Source: Octopus vulgaris (taxonomy: Eukaryota). Taken from it: a stretch of 64,000 bases of DNA. A program made the translations under genes and the position numbers. The stretch covers positions 23,374,001-23,438,000 of the forward strand of contig OX597819.1 of assembly GCA_951406725.2 (NCBI GenBank), read 5' to 3'. This document shows, piece by piece, positions 39,053-54,087 of the stretch. Below the pieces are notes generated by a model. It was not told the origin of the DNA. It saw nothing but the letters and a program-made list of their open reading frames with translations, and did no database searches. Numbering within the stretch: the first letter of the stretch is position 1; each line of letters starts with the position of its first letter.

Positions 39053-39612
39053 GGTGACGAGGCTAGATAAATGATGTGAAAGGGCAATTAGTAAACTGCG
39101 TTCAAATTTTGACAGCTTGCTATATACATAGATAAAGACAAATACATTAGATTATAGTAGAGAATTTTCTATGGTTGCAGCTACCTGTAAATTCCCTTCT
39201 TCTTGGTAGTGTGTCCCTTGTCAGTCCTACCGAACAGAACACAGGAAAATTAATGTCAACCAAAGCTTTTTTTTTTAATTGATGGCCTGAAATTGTCTGT
39301 TTCTCTGTGTGTGTAACGAACTTCCACACACTTTCCATCGACCAAATTCACTGACAAAGTATTGGTCGTCCCGGGGTTATAGTAGAAGACACTTGCTCAA
39401 GGTAGCACCCAGTGGGACTGAAACAAAAATCCCATGGGTACAAAGCGAGCTGCTTAACAGCACAACTATGACTATGACTTTCAAAAAATGACTATGACTT
39501 TCAAAACATATTCAAAAGCTCCAAAACAAGCTGCCTCGCATCCTCCAAATCCTATCAATTGAAGAGAAAATTTATGAAGCATTTCAAAGAGTTACCTGAA
39601 ACAAACATATAG

Positions 39613-39710
39613 CCAGGGTCACATGTGTGTATACGGCATGCAAGGATCACATGTGCATACGGTATACCAGGATCACATGCGTATATACGGCATACAAGCA
39701 CATACGCATA
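39613..39710. repeat. ~27-bp imperfect minisatellite, about 3.5 units
   Basis: CAGGATCACATG..ATACGGCATAC-like units. Confidence 0.7.
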
Positions 39711-39764
39711 AAGAGAAATCACATATATTCGAGTATTAAATAGACATGAGTATACATTATATAA

Positions 39765-39813
<49 letters not shown>

Positions 39814-39959
39814 TTCATACCTACGTATATACACACACTAACTTAAATATTTGCAAATCTCAGGATTTCTTTTTACTCAAACACAAAAAGCCTTGTCATT
39901 TTGTCTGTGCTTCAATTCTGCAAAGAACTTAAACATATCTGCAAACAAAACGTATAAGT

Positions 39960-39995
39960 GTGTGTATACATACATCCATACATATTTATATACAT

Positions 39996-40063
<68 letters not shown>

Positions 40064-40142
40064 CATATATACATATATACATATATTATATGCATAGCCC
40101 TACAACCCAAAGATATATATACATATATATATACACATATGT

Positions 40143-40199
<57 letters not shown>

Positions 40200-40350
40200 T
40201 ACATATATATACATATATACGTATATAAATATACTGACATATATATATACATATATATATACATATATATATACATATTTATATACTTATATATATATAC
40301 ATGTATATATGCATATATATATATATACATACATACATACATACATATAT

Positions 40351-40441
<91 letters not shown>

Positions 40442-41007
40442 TGTGTACGTGTGTGTATACATACACACGCCTACATATGTACGCACACAGGGATATACAC
40501 CACATACATATACATCAGATGCACAAATACACAACACACAAACACAAAAATTCATACACAGCAACCCACACATTCATATACATTCATAAATACACGGGCT
40601 CATACAAGTACAACATACTCATATACATAGACACGGCATACATAGACAAACACACGAACAAACGTGCACATACGCTACAATACGCATACACACACACACA
40701 CATTTGCACTTATACACACATGGGCACACAACATAAAAGCAAGCATCCGTTCGTTTTCACTCTCATCTTGTGTTCGTACATATGTTTATATATCTCAAAG
40801 CAAGATTAAAATCAGTAAAACTTCAACTGACTTTATTCAATATGTAGTTCTTATTGTTACGAGTGACAGTCTGCTGACGATACAAAATCTTTTAAAACTT
40901 CTGCTCATTAATCAGGTGAGACAGCTGAGGCCTTCCACGGATTTTTATTCTTGCTTAAAAGAACAATACCCTGTCATTCTACTGTTTTATACACACACAC
41001 ACACACG

Positions 41008-41081
<74 letters not shown>

Positions 41082-41218
41082 TACATATATATATACATAT
41101 ATACATATATACATATATATATGTATATATATATATATATATACACACATATATATATATATATACATACATACATATATATATATACATATATATAAAT
41201 ATATATATATATATACAT

Positions 41219-41287
<69 letters not shown>

Positions 41288-41415
41288 CATACATATATAT
41301 ATATATCGACATGCATATATATATACACACATATATGCGTACAAACACTAACACCCAAACACAAATGCACACAATACTTACGTTCACAAACTCGCACACA
41401 CACACACACACACAC

Positions 41416-41473
<58 letters not shown>

Positions 41474-41490
41474 TGTGTTTGTGTATATAT
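39960..41490. repeat. Extended TA/CA/GATA microsatellite-rich region
   Basis: direct reading. Confidence 0.9.
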
Positions 41491-42351
41491 AAATAACTAT
41501 ATCAAGTACGCTAGTAGTACTAAGACTGTGTTCTAAGTGACATGAGTGACGGCAAATAACTAAATAGATATTGGGAGTAGAAAGTTTCCGACGGATGTCT
41601 TCTGCATTAATAAGAGGTAGTTAAGCTCAAGTTAGCATTCTTAGTAAAGTGAGCCTCAAAAATATGTAAAGTGTTTAATTTAAACCTATAAAGAAACGTC
41701 ATAACCGTTAATGACAATATCCGTTTTTTATTGGGTTTGCAAGATTCTTGAGGGGAACTTGTGGCTTGAAGCATTTCTTGTATCTCAGGAAGGTCATTAT
41801 GCCAAAGAAATACACGCACAGGTTCTTTTTCACTTTTATACATTCGTTTGTCAATAGGTAAAATGTTTAACTAATTAATTAATCTCTTGTTTGATCAATC
41901 GTTCCCCTAAATCAAACTTGGGGCAGAGAGGGCATGCCATTGATGAGGTCGTGAATGGAGTCGAAACGACTTTGACAAACCTTTCTGATTGGTTTTCACG
42001 CGGTTAATCAAACACTCAGTTCGTTTGTTAAATTGTTAACCAATTAACAAATAAAACTATAGACGTAAAATAGATGAACCAGTGTGTAAGTTTTTATTAG
42101 TAGCATAAAGACCCTCCCGCTATACAACAAAATAATGACGTTTTTTTTTCAGAGAAAGCAAGAAGACAGTGAATGCGATCTTTGAATTGAACAACAATTA
42201 AGTGACCACATGCAGTGGAGCCAAAGTCTGGTCTTTAAGAACAGTGGCAACTCTGGACACGTTTAGGTCTTATCAGACCTCCTCAACGAATCACAACGTA
42301 ACACGTACTTTCCAGGTTACACAGCGGCTGACTATATAAAGATTTTGTGGG

Positions 42352-42775
42352 ATAAATAGAGAATACCAAACGAGTTCCCTATGGATACCGTATTTATTAC
42401 AACTCGTGGCTTGTAAACGTATCTAACTCGCTTTCGCTCGTTAGATACGTTTACAAGCCACGAGTTGTAATAAATACGGTATCCATAGGGAATGAGTTTG
42501 GTATTTTATTTATTACACACGAATAAACGACCATATTTTATTAACCCAATAACTAAATTCTTCACGTTTAGTTGTAACTTATGAATGACAAAAGTAGTGC
42601 CGTCACCGTGACCCCGGGTCATCACCATGGATTGACCAATCAGAAGCAGCGCTGTCACCGTGACCTCGGGTCATCACCATGGATTGACCAATCAGAAGCA
42701 GCGCTCGCAGTATCTGACATATGTTAGATACCAAAAATATCTCAAAGTGTTCTCACTCACATGTGTGTAATAAAT
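42352..42775. mobile_element. Palindromic non-autonomous element, Crypton-like; includes a 52-bp tandem duplication
   Basis: ~75-bp arms around TCGCTTTCGCTC; second IR ATTTATTACACAC 42508-42520 / GTGTGTAATAAAT 42763-42775; 52-bp x2 at 42602-42705. Structure is seen; family is inferred. Confidence 0.6.
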
Positions 42776-43706
42776 GATTATATCAATGATTCGGCAATGT
42801 GAGACAATGACAGTGAAAGAGTGAACGCACTTGTTAAGCCACACTTAACTATATATTCTTCATACACACACCGCACATGCTTCTATTGTAAAACACACTT
42901 CACACATCAGACTCACTAGAATCTCAAATCAAATTACCGTTCCGAGTTCTCTAAACACATAAAAACCAAACATCAACTGCAGCAGCAAGTGTAAGGGCCT
43001 GCAGTACTTCGAGGACGATAACCATCACCAAGTACTGATGAGAATTAACCCCACTACTACCAACCACCACCACCATCATAATGGTTTTTTAGACGTCATT
43101 TAGAGGTGATGCTTTTATGTATCTCCCAATTACAAGCTTTACTTTCAAATTATTCGTGAAGGCGTAATGGCCTCGTGGTTAGGGTGTTGCATACACAATC
43201 GCAAAATCGTGGTTTCGATTCCCGGGTGGTGCGTTGTGTTTTTCAGCAAAATAATCCTTTTTACTACAGACCTGAAATTTTGCGGGAAGGGCTAGTCGAT
43301 TACATCGACCCCAAAGCGTAACTGGTACTTATTTCATCGACCCCGAAAGGATGAAAGGCAAATTCGACCCCGGCGGAATTTGAACCTAGAACATAAGAAC
43401 GTAAGGACGACGAGTTAATTCGAAAACCTCCACATGGATTTTTAACTTACAAGAAATAGCGGCTAAATCTCAGATCACACACTACAGTTTTATGAAAGGG
43501 TACTTAGATAATATGATCTTTCGTTCCCTGCGCGTAAACAGACAGATGGTCACGGTTGGAATGCTTTTAATGTTACGTCTGCATGTTTACGACAAACATG
43601 TAGCTAACGAATAAGCCTGATCTGCTAGAAATAGCTACCGAAGCTCCTTTAAATCACAGTGATGTTCTAAATAAAGAATGCATTTGACAAAACAGCTCTA
43701 TTTATG

Positions 43707-44041
43707 CAGGGATGGCCAAAAGTCACCCGTCAGTAAATCAAAATTCCATAAATACTTACTATTCAATTTTATTTATTCATTTCAATTAGGAATGTTTAAT
43801 AATTGGATACTGTGAGTTAAAATCACCGTTTTTTCTTTTTGGTGGGGGGAGTTCAACATTTTTCAACATAGGCGCAGGAGTTGCTGTGTGGTAAGTAGCT
43901 TGCTAACCAACCACATGGTTCCGGGTTCAGTCCCACTGCGTGGCATCTTGGGCAAGTGTCTTCTGCTATAGCCCCGGGCCGACCAATGCCTTGTGAGTGG
44001 ATTTGGTAGACGGAAACTGAAAGAAGCCTATCGTGTATATG

Positions 44042-44078
<37 letters not shown>

Positions 44079-44397
44079 ATGTATGCGTTTGTGTGTCTGT
44101 GTTTGTCTCCCAAGCATTGCTTGACAGCCGATGCTGGTGTATTTATGTCCCCGTCACTTAGTGGTTCGGCAAAAGAGACCGATAGAATAAGTACTGGGCT
44201 TACAAAGAATAAGTCCCGGGGTCGATTTGCTCGACTAAAGGCGGTGCTCCAGGATGGCCGCAGTCAAATGACAGAAACAAGTAAAAGAGTAAAAGAGTAA
44301 TTTGTCTATTTATTAGCGAAGTGTCGCATAGTTTAATTTTTTGTTTTAATCTTGGAATTAAATGGATTTTTGATTTACTGTGACTTTTGGCCAACCT

Positions 44398-44399
<2 letters not shown>
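43707..44399. mobile_element. Tc1/mariner-type MITE containing a family C SINE (43870-44299 +)
   Basis: TIR CAGGGATGGCCAAAAGTCAC / GTGACTTTTGGCCAACCTTG. Confidence 0.75.
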
Positions 44400-44455
<56 letters not shown>

Positions 44456-44472
44456 TCTGTGTGTGTTATGTG

Positions 44473-44529
<57 letters not shown>

Positions 44530-44555
44530 CACATATATCTGTCCGTGTTATGGGT

Positions 44556-44617
<62 letters not shown>

Positions 44618-45182
44618 CACTGGCAAAAACAAGACACCAACAGTGACCTCCCTAACGTGCGGCCCAACAACAACCAGCAGCACTCTAACAACACCACAAA
44701 CAGCATCACAAAAGTCCGCTAAATAACCATAGCAACTAAGACAGCAAGAACAGTGGCAAGGAGAAATTTCCTGTGGAAACCGATTAAAGATGGAACTGGT
44801 TCTGTGATGAGTCTTAATAAGAAGCGATAAATCTATGAAGTTAATTATCCGAATAGACATATTTCAGGAACGGGGTTCCATATGTCACACATTTAATTAT
44901 GTCCGTCGAAATGTTTATAAACGTATCAGATATACCAATTACATTATTACAGATGTTTATTTATTTCACAAATTTTACAAATATTATTCCTGGATGATGG
45001 TTTGTTTTGCTTTGCTTTTTTCGGTTTTATTTGGGTTTTTTTTTTTTTTGTTATGTATTTTTTTGTTTTTGTGTGTTTGTTATTGTTTTTTTTTTACATA
45101 CTGCAAATTTTACTCAGATGATATTAATCATTCATTATTGCTGTAAATATAGTTATCGATGTTATCGCCGTTGCCGTCGTGT

Positions 45183-45215
<33 letters not shown>

Positions 45216-45811
45216 TCGTGTTGTTGTTGTTGTTGTCTTTATTATTGCTGTTCATGTTACCTTCATCGTTCTTTTGTTTATTGTAGTTTATAAATTGGTT
45301 TCGATATTGTTTTGGCAGCACACTTCACTTAGTCAGTAAATACAATCATATTATTAATTTATAGAAATATTTTTGTACATGCGCATATGGGAGTGCTTGT
45401 TGAAACAAAGAAAGAAAGAAAGAAAGAAAAAGGAAAGAAACAAACAAACAAACAAACAAACAAACAAAATATGTTGTGGGGTATTTTGTAAATTCGGTAA
45501 TTGATCTTATTCAGAGAAATGCCCCTCCCCCACCGCCACACCACTTGACAATTCTCATTTTTTATGCATCATACTGTAAAGTAATTTTATAACTATTTAT
45601 TTTCGTTTTTAGTATCCAATTTCACCGAAATTATTCTTAATTTTGGCAGACGAACTTGGGCATTTTTGTGACCAAAACAAAGGAAAATATGTCTTGTAGT
45701 TCGACTGACATAGTCTTGTTTTTTTTTTGTTTTTTTTTTTTGTTTCTTTTTAAATCATGCTCTTTAAAGAATTGCAGTGAAATAAAACTAAATTTGGCTT
45801 CCGAGTAAACT

Positions 45812-46190
45812 CTTTTCTACTTTTGGCACAAGGCCCGAAATTTTGGGGGGAAAGGGGCAGTCGATTACATCGACCCCAGTACGCAACTGGTACTTAATTT
45901 ATCGATCTCGAAAGGATGAAAGGCAAAGTCGGCCTCGGCGGAATATGAAATCAGAACGTAAAGACAGACGAAATACCTATTTCTTTACTACCCACAAGGG
46001 GCTAAACACAGAGGGGACAAACAAGGACAGACAAACGGATTAAGTCGATTACATCGACCCCAGTGCGTAACTGCTACTTATTTAATCGACCCCGAAAGGA
46101 TGAAAGGCAAAGTCGACCTCGGCGGAATTTGAACTCAGAACGTAACGGCAGACGAAATACGGATACGCATTTCGCCCGGCATGCTAACGT
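45812..46190 (-). mobile_element. Tandem SINE family M pair with different tails
   Basis: 45812-45977 and 45979-46190. Confidence 0.85.
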
Positions 46191-47329
46191 GTCTTAATTT
46201 TTTTTTATTATCCATAAGGATATACATAGAATGGACAGCACAATGAAATCAAATGATTTTACAAGAAATGCAATTGGGGTCCTTTTACGCCATGGAAACC
46301 GAGTAACCAGTCTTAGGAGTCCCAGAGCTCAAGAAAAACATTATTTCATTATAAAGCAATACATAGCTCATTCTATGCTTAGTATATATTTCATTATTTT
46401 CTCGCTTTTAAGGTTGCGAACTGGAAGAATCGTTAGCAACGGCGAATCGGACAAATTTCTTGGGAGTATTTCTTCCGACTCGTTTCGTTTTGAGTTCAAA
46501 TTATTCCGAGATCGACTTTACCTTTTGTCTCTTCAAAATCGATAAAACAAGCAACAGTCGAGTACTAGAGTCGATGCAATCGATCATCCTCCTCCCTATA
46601 ACTTTCAGTTCGATATTAGAAAGAATTATTTCATGATTATATCCTTCATATAATTATTTTATAACTGTAATATAAACCATTTTGATCTCTCACCTTTTAT
46701 ACCGCTAGCAATAATCTTATATTCACTTAACAATTCAAAATTTATACTTGTTATATTATGGATGTATAAAATTTCACTATATTGTAAGAGATATCTTATT
46801 CTATGGTAAGTATGTGTTATCTTATAATTATATTACGCTTTAGTAAATTTAAAACAATATGATCTCTCGCCTTTAGCCACTCTAGATATCTTCAAATATT
46901 CTAGCTATCTGATAACTCATCGTATTGTTACTCCACTTTATTGTAAGTATCTGATATCTCAAAGGAGGTAAATTTATACAGTATAGTTTAGGTTAGTTTC
47001 AGTCGTCTATCATAGTTTTACATTGATAAAATTTTAAGAATGTACTCAACTATTGTGATAGGAATAGTGACATAGGAGGCGCGGTAACCCGTTGCAAACA
47101 GTTGCTTTCTCGGAATGTGTTTCATTGTCAGAGCACCGGTTTCCACCCCTCAACAGTTTTACGATTGTGGCGGAATATTCCCCGTTTTCCTTCCCTTATC
47201 TTTATAAATGTTTGTCTTACAAACTCTAGTTATTGTTTTTATTTGTTTATTTTATACTGATTTTGGTTGATTTCAATTATTTAATCTTAGAGGGAACTCT
47301 TTCACAAAGTTTTCGATATTAAATACGCA

Positions 47330-47545
47330 AAGGCAGCAAGCTGGCAGAATCGTTGGCACGCCGGGTAAAGTTCTTAGCAGCATTTCATCCGTATTTACGT
47401 TCTGAGTTCGAATTCCACCGAGGTTGACTTTGCCTTTCATCCAATCAGAGTCAACAAAATAAGTACCAGTTGAACACTGGGGTCTATTTAATCGACTTAC
47501 TCATTCCCCAACACTGCTGGCTTTGAACCAAAATTTGAAACCGAT
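47330..47545 (+). mobile_element. SINE family M
   Basis: family match; a more diverged copy lies at 46410-46625. Confidence 0.8.
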
Positions 47546-49462
47546 ATTACAGATAGAAAAATTGCAAATGTGTTCCTCACTAAGTCTTTAATGCTTCCTT
47601 CACTGCAGTCTCGTCGATGTCTTGCGAAGGAAGTGTTTTAGTTGTTCAAATCCGGACACGATTTCCATCAGGTGCATTGTTGTATCTAGTGGAACCAATG
47701 CAAACTAAAAAAAAAGCTTGAATCTATGCCTTTGGCTACGTCAAGTTGGTAGTATTGATCTGCTAAGTCGAACAATGATACAGTCTTTACGTGCTCACTC
47801 GATTGCCAGAAATAGAATCAAATCTCCTTCAAACCATATATTCGTGCCTTTAAAAGACACGCTGAAAAATATAGTCTAAAGTACACGTTATATGAAAAGT
47901 AGACTTAATGGTAATATCTGACATACCTTTGTCATAAGTCCGCTTTTTCAATTTTGGCTTAGGATTACTGAACTCCAGCTATCAAAAAAAGGTTGATGTG
48001 TTCCATATGCCTCTGATTCCAGCTGCCAAGCCTGTTTCACAAACGACAGCGATCATGGACTTCCATGCCGAATTCTAAAGATTCATAATTTGGTGGCGGG
48101 GATGCGGTAAATTTGTAGCTTACTCTGCTACTACTCTCCTCCTCTTCTGGACTTAATTTTGAGGCACAGAGCTTGTCGGTAGGCACACTGGCACACGTGA
48201 CATGAAGGCCTGTCTACACACACATGTATACTGGTGAATCTCTGTAACATATCTCTAGGGACCAATCCGCCGCCGAATCCTATATGGTTAGATCACTAGA
48301 TAGTTTTCTGCTATTTGATCCATTACTGGGGCCTTTTACTGGTACTACTACACTGAACATACGTAGGAGTAGCGGTAACTAAGGGGTTACCCTGTACTCC
48401 CAAAAACTCTTGGACTCCCAAGCTCTAACCACTTCCGCTTCACTGGTTGCAGTTTAATGTCTTACCTAGGACAAATTCCATTACAAATTTTACACGTATG
48501 TCCTCACTGATGTTTGCACCAGCGCATTCCACTCTATTTCTTCCTCCCTCACACCAGAGTTCATATGTACTTTTAGAATTAATGAATCAATCTAGCTAAT
48601 TATGGCTGTCTGAAACGTTTAGAGATTAGAAAAATAACAAAACGTTCTCCACCTTTGTCTGATTGTCAAAAGTCATTGTCTAGTAATTGTCTAGGACTCT
48701 GGAACATTTCTGCATACATATGAGACAAATGAGATTCCACGCAGTCATTGTCAGTCTCACGATCGTAACGTCGTAGGTTCGATTCCCACAGTGGGTACTT
48801 CATTTCATCTGGCTCGAATCCGCTTAACTAATAAATGGGTAACGTGCATCGGCTTCTCAGCAGTGCTTCGGAAATCATAAGATGAAAATCTTTCAAATGT
48901 AAGATGTTAACAGCCATTGGTGGTTACACAAGCTGGATAATTATTGCCTCCCAACATGCAAAGTTAAGCAAAACACTTGTAACTTTCGAAGCACTGCTGT
49001 TGCTTATATCATTTGTTTAATTCGGTCAGCTGAAATGATCGCAAGAGAATTAAACGTCTTAAACTATACTCATCACCGCTTTGGTAACTCTATAAAAAAA
49101 GGGGAAGAAAATAAGTGTTGAACGCAGTGTCGCTCTGAAAACAGAAGCAAGATTGAGTACTTCACCCTTATAAGACAGGAAAAAATTTGCTAGCAGAAGG
49201 CTACAGGTATTGAAGCCTTCAGAGACCGGCTGAGAACTCTACCATATATGCGTATAAGAAGGGATGACCACTAAGTGGACATCCAATATGCTAGAAGTAG
49301 ATCACCTACGATCTAACCACTAAGAAAAGAATGATCTCTAGAAAAATTCAGCAAACACGAGAACATAAGCGAGTAAGACAGATGAAAATATACAAAATAA
49401 AGAATTAATCGAAGACCGGTTCCGCCATTATTTAAATTTTATTTAAAATTTAAATCACCTTC

Positions 49463-49515
<53 letters not shown>

Positions 49516-49519
<4 letters not shown>

Positions 49520-49829
49520 GATGTACTTGCATAGCGAGTGACTTGATCTGAGATCGTGTGCTGGAACGAAAACAATTGCAGCGTGGAAGGTGTTTATAAG
49601 CCATTTAAGAAACACACAAAACCGTTAGATTCACTTCAACATTTAAATTTAATTTGTCAAAATATTTTCGTCGCTTTGAGACCGCGACCTGTTCACTGAC
49701 AAAACTTCAGTGAACAGGTCGCGGTCTCAAAGCGACGAAAATATTTTGACAAATTAAATTTAAATGTTGAAGTGAATCTAACGGTTTTGTGTGTTTCTTT
49801 AAATGGCTTATAAACACTTTCTACGCTGC

Positions 49830-49833
<4 letters not shown>
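49516..49833. mobile_element. Fold-back Penelope-like terminal repeat within (TA)n
   Basis: arms 49574-49699 / 49707-49833, nearly perfect. Confidence 0.85.
49653..49703 (-). ncRNA. Minimal type I hammerhead, G3:C8 variant
   Basis: UUUGUCA GUGAACA G GUCGC GGUCUCAAA GCGAC GAAA AUAU UU UGACAAA; second copy 49707-49749 (+) with a shortened stem I. Confidence 0.7.
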
Positions 49834-49904
<71 letters not shown>

Positions 49905-49917
49905 TATATACATATAT

Positions 49918-50012
<95 letters not shown>

Positions 50013-50078
50013 CACATATATATACACACACATACATACAGAAATATACATATATATATATATACATCCATACAGAAC

Positions 50079-50139
<61 letters not shown>

Positions 50140-51459
50140 CAACCGACTTCCTCAATAGCCATCTACTAAATTCTTTTCTCAAGCTAGTAGTCAAACGAAG
50201 GATGTAGTAGATGACATCTGCCTGCCAAAAGTGTTGTGCAAAGAGACCGAACCTGGAACCACATGGTTTTGAAAGGAACTTATTAATCACACATCCCTCT
50301 GTCGTATTTGAGACCGTTTTATTCCCTAAGTACTTCAGTTATGTGTCATTTCGTTTTTTAATTAACGACTCTGCCATTCCTATTTACATACTCTGTCACG
50401 TCTTAATGTCATTTTGCACGTTGCCTTTCGACGGAAATTTTCTTGTATTTCATTATGATTGAATTAAAGCCAACTTCTCCAGTGTCTGTTGTTGATGTTG
50501 TTTAATTTTTTGTTGCTGATGTTGTTTTCTTAATGAAGGAAGAGATATCAAAGCTTTCCAGACTAACTGGACAAAGGAAGAATGCTACCGTCAGACCAGA
50601 GACGTGGTTCGACTAATTTCAGTGGTATCTGCTCAGTTTTCGACAGGTTTGCGGGCTGCTTTTAAACCTTGCGACGTATTGGATCTAACGTCTACCAACA
50701 GGAATTGTTTGACTACTTGGCACCGACACAGTTTATTTCTATCAAATGTTTTATTCGATCCGAGGCAACGATCGAAAATACTTGATCTGTGTACTGTGCG
50801 GTGGAATTTAACCGGAAACACGTTTGTTACGAGACAAACGTCTTACATACTCAACAACAACCGCACTTATTTTCAACTTATTAATTGAACTACTGCCATG
50901 CAATGAATTCTTGATGCGAGTTATGTCTCTTTCGTTTTGTTCTTTTAATATTATTACTCACGGTGTTGCAATTAATATTTTATTTCTTATTCTATCCGAA
51001 TCTTATCTATGTGCCGTCTCTTCAATTAGACTTAACTTAATCTATTTTTGGCTTGTTCAAGTGCTTCATAATATATTTACTTTTACGTTGTAAGTATCTC
51101 TTGTTTACTTGTAATCAGTTTATGTGTGATTGTACTTAACTGTTTCACTACGCTGTGTACTGTGCTTTTTGCGTTCGGTCAGATAATATTGATGTGATCA
51201 GTCTTGGAGTCTTGGTATCTTCTTTCCTGTTTTCAACTGGCGCTTTTTGATCAGACTATCAACGATCAACTTTAAGATGCAATGTTGAGATGATGAAGAA
51301 ATCGATAATCAACAGAAGTGCTTAGGATTATCCTGTGGGAGCGGGTGAGTGGGTGGGTTATATGTGCGGGCATCAACTTATGTTTGTATGGGTAATGTTT
51401 CTTTCCCCCTTCTCTCTCTCTCTCTCTCCCTCTCTCTTGCTGTCCCTATATTTTTATCT

Positions 51460-52610
<1,151 letters not shown>

Positions 52611-52639
52611 TATATATATATTATATATTATATATATAT

Positions 52640-52684
<45 letters not shown>

Positions 52685-52686
<2 letters not shown>

Positions 52687-53025
52687 GGAGTAAACACATA
52701 AATGTGAAACAAGGTGGAAAAAAGAGTACTCAAATTACCAGTGGTAATATGCTTTATTTTAAGCAGCAGAAAATTCAACAATTTTTATAAGTTTTTTATA
52801 TATATATATACATATATTTTTGACCTTTTTGTTTATCGCTCGAAGATTGACCGTTTTTTCTAAAGGGCCAATCAAACAAATCCATTTCTTTTTAAAGGTG
52901 TAGCGTTTGTAAGAGTATAGATTGAATTGATATATCAGTTCCATTCTAGCAAAAACTGTCTGATGAACGGCAACGAGAAACTCAGAGTAACAGATTTTGT
53001 TGAATTTTCTGCTGCTTAAAATAAA

Positions 53026-53030
<5 letters not shown>
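52685..53030 (+). mobile_element. Penelope-like terminal repeat with inverted segment, inside (TA)n
   Basis: 52747-52781 is the reverse complement of 52997-53031; hammerhead at 52956. Confidence 0.7.
52956..52993 (+). ncRNA. Minimal type I hammerhead ribozyme, canonical core
   Basis: CUGU CUGAUGA A CG GCAA CG A GAAA CUC A GAG UA ACAG. Confidence 0.75.
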
Positions 53031-53086
<56 letters not shown>

Positions 53087-53689
53087 GGGCTCGTTAGAAA
53101 ATAAAAAATCCCGTAGCAGTGGATTAGTGGGACGGTGTAACTAGTGGACCGCATGGTATAAATGTATGAATATGTCGATCTTTCCCTCCTTCTCTTTATG
53201 TAGTTATCGCCAAATCCCCGCAGTACCACAGTGCTGAATTTCAATGTGTTTTAGTATTCTACCTGCCCTTTGTTACAACTCATTAAAGGCTTTGCTAATT
53301 TTGGCGGCACTGTTCTTCATATCTCAGATTTTTCAAACACTGTTTACTTTTCTTTCTCTTTCTATCTTTCATTTCTAATCACTTTACTCTCTCTCACTCT
53401 CTATCTCTCTCTATATATATCTATCTATCTATCTATCTATCTATCTCGTTGTAACTCTCAGTGTCGTAATGACACTGTTAAAGATTCCACGCATCAAGGT
53501 CAATAGAGACACTCCTGCATGGAATTGATGCACACAGATGATGTCATCGACCATGCAGCCCTCGACCAGCTCGAGAATACAAATAACTAGATATTTAAAA
53601 AAAAATTGGGCCGCATTCAAACTATCTATACTAAAGTCAATAAACAAGCCAGAGAAATTATGAAAGGGACATCTTATAATAATGATTTT

Positions 53690-54087
53690 AAATTTTTGGT
53701 TACGTCGATTACATCGACCCCAGTGTTCAACTGGTACTTGTTTTATTGACCCCGGAAAGGCGAAAGTCAAAGTGGACTTCGGCGGAATTTGAACTCAGAA
53801 CGTGAGGATGGATGAAATTTTGCCCAGCGTACTAACGATTCTGCCAGTTCGCCACCTTTGAGACATCATATAATCCTTTCTACTTTAGGCACAAAGCTTG
53901 AAATTTGTGGGGAGGGGACTAGTCGATTATATCGACCCAGTGTTTCACTGGTACTTAATTTATCGACCCCGAAAGGATGAAAAGCAAAGTCGACCTCAGC
54001 AGAATTTGAATCCAGAACGTAGCAACGGGCGAAATATCGCTAAACATTTCGTCCAACGTGCTAACGATTCTGTCTGCTCACCGCCTT
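53690..54087 (-). mobile_element. Two SINE family M copies
   Basis: family match. Confidence 0.8.

Noticed and set aside
39851-41536. Long ORFs (up to 290 aa) rich in YI/HT/CV repeats, and similar ones throughout
   Set aside because: Translations of TA/CA/GATA/TAA microsatellites that lack stop codons
41936-41976. Hammerhead-like UUGAUGA..GAAAC
   Set aside because: Stems I-III weak or mismatched; could be chance
47580-47704. Possible - strand exon with AG/GT boundaries
   Set aside because: Stops in all three frames
49262-49284. SECIS element (AUGA..AA..GA)
   Set aside because: Upper helix far too short for a SECIS and no linked selenoprotein ORF
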